IMG/VR virus record: IMGVR_UViG_3300018492_000150
Location: 32,001-96,000 of that record
DNA: 64,000 bases
Reading direction: 5' to 3' (one strand)
Origin: a virus
Lineage: Duplodnaviria; Caudoviricetes
The notes under the pieces were generated by a model that had not been told where the DNA came from, made no database searches, and was given only the letters and a program-made list of their open reading frames with translations. Shown here one piece after another: positions 60,965 to 64,000 of this stretch (position 1 is its first letter; each line of letters begins with the position of its first letter). Made by a program: the position numbers and the translations under genes.

Positions 60965-61654
60965 ATGAATGCAATTGTGGCTATTGATGATAAGAATGGA
61001 ATTGGAAAAGAAGGACAGCTTTTAATAAAATTAAAAGCTGATATGAAATGGTTTAAAAATATTACTACTAACAAAGTAGTTATTATGGGAAGAAAAACTA
61101 TGGAAAGTATAGGAAAACCACTACCTAATAGATTAAATATTGTACTTACTAGAAATTATACATTAAATAAACCTGGATATATTTTTCTTCATTCTATCGA
61201 AGATCTCATGATGTTTCTGAGACTCAAACGTATCTCTACAAAGGATTGTTTTGTAATTGGCGGACAGCAAATTTATAAAGCTCTAGAAAGACAGATAACG
61301 TATGTATACGTTACAAGAATTCATAAAACATTTGAATCAGACGCAAAATTTCCTATACCATTTAAAGCTATGAAACTACTATGTTCATCTCGTATTAGAG
61401 GAGAAAATGGAATTAATTATGAATTTCAGGTATATAGAAATTGTGGATTGTTCTTAGATTTTTTACAACATATATTAGAAAGACCATTAAGAACTGATGA
61501 GATTGAATTATCTAAAAGAATACTAACTTCTGATACAAATTTGAAATTGGTATTGGTAGAAGGGACAGCAGAACAATTAGGAATAGATACATCTAAAGGA
61601 TTAAGAAGAAAATTCAGTTATGAAACTATAAAAGAATTCTCAGAAGACAAATAA
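60965..61654 (+). CDS. folA: dihydrofolate reductase with C-terminal extension
   Basis: AIVAIDDKNGIGKEGQL, DMKWFKNITT, VIMGRKTMESIGKPLPNRLNIVLTR, FVIGGQQIY, DAKFP. Confidence 0.93.
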   Translation: MNAIVAIDDKNGIGKEGQLLIKLKADMKWFKNITTNKVVIMGRKTMESIGKPLPNRLNIVLTRNYTLNKPGYIFLHSIEDLMMFLRLKRISTKDCFVIGGQQIYKALERQITYVYVTRIHKTFESDAKFPIPFKAMKLLCSSRIRGENGINYEFQVYRNCGLFLDFLQHILERPLRTDEIELSKRILTSDTNLKLVLVEGTAEQLGIDTSKGLRRKFSYETIKEFSEDK

Positions 61655-61795
61655 AAGAGAGGATAGGATTAAATCCTATCCTCTATATATTTTTTTGGAA
61701 TTATTTCAAATTTTCAATTACATATTATCATCATGAAAAGGATACAGAGTCACACCTCTGTATCCTTATATCCCCAATTGAAAGGAGATGATTTC

Positions 61796-61969
61796 ATGAA
61801 AAACCTTCTTATGGAACATACGTTCCATGATTGCATGGTCGGAGATATACTCCAGCCTGTACCCGTGATCGTAACACAGGATAATGGCGATGGTACTTAT
61901 CAAGGTTATCTTGACCTAGATAAGATGTCAGCTAAACAACGTATCGTAGCAGATATGTTTAGCCATTAA
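61796..61969 (+). CDS. 57-aa hypothetical early protein
   Basis: AAGGAG SD; CATATTAT-N5-TGA at 61721-61736; leader hairpin; own terminator. Confidence 0.6.
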   Translation: MKNLLMEHTFHDCMVGDILQPVPVIVTQDNGDGTYQGYLDLDKMSAKQRIVADMFSH

Positions 61970-62093
61970 CCATAACAATAGAGAGTTATCGTCCCACCTC
62001 TCTATTATTTTTTTGTTACCTAATATATTATTTTACCAATACTTAATATCTTCACATACAAGTAATTTATTAGTATGAAAGGAGCTAAATACA

Positions 62094-63341
62094 ATGAATC
62101 AAAATTTAGAAGGATTATACAAATGTATACTTGAATTAGGTTCAACATCTGATTTTGAAAATATAACACCTTTGAATGATTTGACCAATGCAATGAGAAG
62201 AGAACTGAACAGATTGTTTCCTGATTTTAAGTGTGGAGAAGTGATTATCAATAAAAATACAGATAAACAGTTTTTTGGTATTATAGTAGTTCCGGATTAT
62301 AAATTTGGATCTTGCTCTGATTTTGCTCAAAGAGTTCTTCAGGGATATAAAGGAACTTATGTACATAATGCAGTTAGAGAATTCGAACCTTTTAAAGAAT
62401 GTGCATATACATTAGAAATAGATATGCAGTTAATTAGAAGATTTGATCTTAAACCAGGTGAAGTAATTGCTCTTGTATTGAGAGAAATATGTGTTATGAA
62501 TTCTCCGAAACCATATTCCGATTTAAGAAACATCATTGACAGATTCGTTGCTCTAAATAATATAGAGCTTGACGTATATGAAATTCTAACAAGACCTGAA
62601 TTATTTTCTACAGTATGCGATGTAACTATGCATAACATAACAAGTATATTCGAAGGAAATAATCTTGAATTATATAGGAATGATGTCCCTGATGTATTGA
62701 GAACATTTGAAGATAATATTCCGGATTATTATTTATCTGCAACAGAGAAGCTTTATTCTGTAGCTACTCCTGAGAGTATAGATACTGCTACTGTATTAAT
62801 GGATTGGTATCTTAGAATATATGATAAATTAGATCAAAGCAGGGAAATAGAATATCTTCTTAGAGATAGTATAGAAATAGAATCAAGTATTATTATTAAA
62901 CGCATGCTCGCATATTGCTATAAGAGTATGTCAACAGTTTCTCCAAGAGACGAGAAATACTATCAAGATGTAGTTCAAGAGTCTTCAAGAAGAAAAGGTC
63001 TTATTTATCAAATGAAACGTAATGGATTGAAATCTATTGAAGAGGACTTATTTGAATATAATATGAGATTGCGAAATGTGGAGACCCAGGACGATGCTAT
63101 TTTGTTAATGAGACAGATTAACAGCAGAATGAGTATTCTTGAAGATTATCTTATGGGAGAAAAAGATCTTGATGATAAAGAAAGAGAAAGATGGGAGACT
63201 TGTTACAAGAAATATCTTGATCTTAGAGAGTCTTTATCTAAAAAGACAGTATATAATAAGAAGATGTACGGTTTATTCGTAGACTATAATGCGTTGCAGA
63301 ATATGTCTCAGAGCGGAAATCTTATGAATACTTATTACTAA
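62094..63341 (+). CDS. hypothetical (probably virion) protein
   Basis: 415 aa, AAGGAG SD, CACA-N6-TA promoter variant, terminator at 63348-63377. Confidence 0.75.
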   Translation: MNQNLEGLYKCILELGSTSDFENITPLNDLTNAMRRELNRLFPDFKCGEVIINKNTDKQFFGIIVVPDYKFGSCSDFAQRVLQGYKGTYVHNAVREFEPFKECAYTLEIDMQLIRRFDLKPGEVIALVLREICVMNSPKPYSDLRNIIDRFVALNNIELDVYEILTRPELFSTVCDVTMHNITSIFEGNNLELYRNDVPDVLRTFEDNIPDYYLSATEKLYSVATPESIDTATVLMDWYLRIYDKLDQSREIEYLLRDSIEIESSIIIKRMLAYCYKSMSTVSPRDEKYYQDVVQESSRRKGLIYQMKRNGLKSIEEDLFEYNMRLRNVETQDDAILLMRQINSRMSILEDYLMGEKDLDDKERERWETCYKKYLDLRESLSKKTVYNKKMYGLFVDYNALQNMSQSGNLMNTYY

Positions 63342-63398
63342 AAATATCAGAGATAGCGGATATTCTCCGCTATCTCTTTTCTTTTTATATATTTCTTA

Positions 63399-63429
63399 CC
63401 TAACATTCATGAAATTCATGAATGTTAGG
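63399..63429. repeat. 31-bp perfect palindrome, copy 3
   Basis: CCTAACATTCATGAA-a-TTCATGAATGTTAGG. Confidence 0.95.
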
Positions 63430-63442
63430 GAGGTATATACGG

Positions 63443-63892
63443 ATGAGCTCTACTGATAAAATTATGTTCGATTTTTCATCTAAGTTTAATATTAAACTTA
63501 AATCAAATATACAACTGAATTCTGGAAAAAATTATTATTGGATAAATACATATTACTTTAATATAGAGGCATATGGAGATACCTCAGGAACTTACATAGG
63601 AGGTAATGTAAGTGATGCTATGATGGTAAATGGAATGTGTTTTGTTCAGTTTAATCTTACGGGTAATTATATAAACTATAAAAATAGCTGGTTAGAATTT
63701 GTTTCTGGAGAGGGATATGGGTCGAAAATATATTCAACATATTTGTCAGATTCTGAAAAACATAGTGGAGGAAATCCATTAAATATATATCAAGGAATTA
63801 GACAAATGATGTTAGTTATAGATACTACTCAAGCTTGCACATTATTTCCAAATAATTTACTTTTCCATATATGGAGAATAAATTGTAGATAG
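63443..63892 (+). CDS. orphan small protein preceded by a 31-bp palindrome
   Basis: Start corrected to MSSTDK (GGAGGT SD); aromatic, beta-rich; hairpin at 63887-63916 overlaps the stop. Confidence 0.7.
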   Translation: MSSTDKIMFDFSSKFNIKLKSNIQLNSGKNYYWINTYYFNIEAYGDTSGTYIGGNVSDAMMVNGMCFVQFNLTGNYINYKNSWLEFVSGEGYGSKIYSTYLSDSEKHSGGNPLNIYQGIRQMMLVIDTTQACTLFPNNLLFHIWRINCR

Positions 63893-63924
63893 ATTGGATA
63901 TAATTCCAATCTATCTATTTCTTA

Positions 63925-63955
63925 CTTAACATTCATGAATTTCATGAATGTTAAG
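63925..63955. repeat. 31-bp perfect palindrome, copy 4 (variant)
   Basis: CTTAACATTCATGAA-t-TTCATGAATGTTAAG. Confidence 0.95.
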
Positions 63956-63971
63956 GTAGGTGATATATAAG

Positions 63972-64000
63972 ATGAATATAATAAAATTTAAGCCATATTA
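63972..64000 (+). CDS. 3'-truncated gene following palindrome copy 4
   Basis: AGGTG SD then ATG AAT ATA ATA AAA TTT AAG CCA TAT, open to the window end. Confidence 0.5.

Noticed and set aside
27622-63443. Shared N-terminal peptide MLGRY(IR/N)M in three ORF-track proteins as a signal peptide
   Set aside because: It is the translation of the palindrome arm plus the SD (ATG TTA GGG AGG). That ATG has no SD of its own, and in copy 4 the frame contains TAG. The real starts are the downstream ATGs.
1-64000. Stop-codon reassignment (TAG or TGA recoding)
   Set aside because: Coding density is high under the standard code and TAG ends several genes cleanly before the next SD or terminator. The two broken core genes are explained by introns.
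1-64000. tRNA, rRNA, chimallin, integrase or transposase genes
   Set aside because: None recognisable by eye. Chimallin could lie outside the window or be too divergent to recognise, so nucleus formation remains unproven.

Overview
A 64-kb, very AT-rich, densely coding segment of a jumbo myophage of the phiKZ/AR9(PBS1)-like kind. Strong GGAGG Shine-Dalgarno sites suggest a Firmicutes host (inference). It encodes split multisubunit RNA polymerase subunits (beta-N, beta-C and two different beta'-C pieces), a family-B DNA polymerase split into two genes 24 kb apart, RecA/UvsX, NAD-dependent ligase, SbcC/Rad50, an SF2 helicase, DHFR and a probable tubulin C-terminus at the left edge. The virion genes include terminase, portal, sheath, tube, tail fibres, prohead protease and major capsid. 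Two related group I introns interrupt the polymerase (with an HNH homing endonuclease) and the terminase (no ORF). Two promoter classes can be read from the intergenic DNA: YATATTAT-N5-YGA (early-like) and AACA-N6-TA (AR9 late-like). The most unusual observations are: (1) a short peptide motif, [K/R]PF, often in tandem, appended to the ends or insertions of many DNA/RNA-acting proteins (including the intron endonuclease) but not seen in the major structural proteins, a candidate phage-wide docking or compartment-import tag; (2) four perfect 31-bp palindromes with compensatory changes, each directly before the ribosome-binding site of a small orphan gene, at two loci 36 kb apart; (3) an ORF-less unit with its own late promoter and terminator that carries an anti-Shine-Dalgarno sequence (candidate sRNA). 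All product calls come from motif recognition by eye; no database searches were run.
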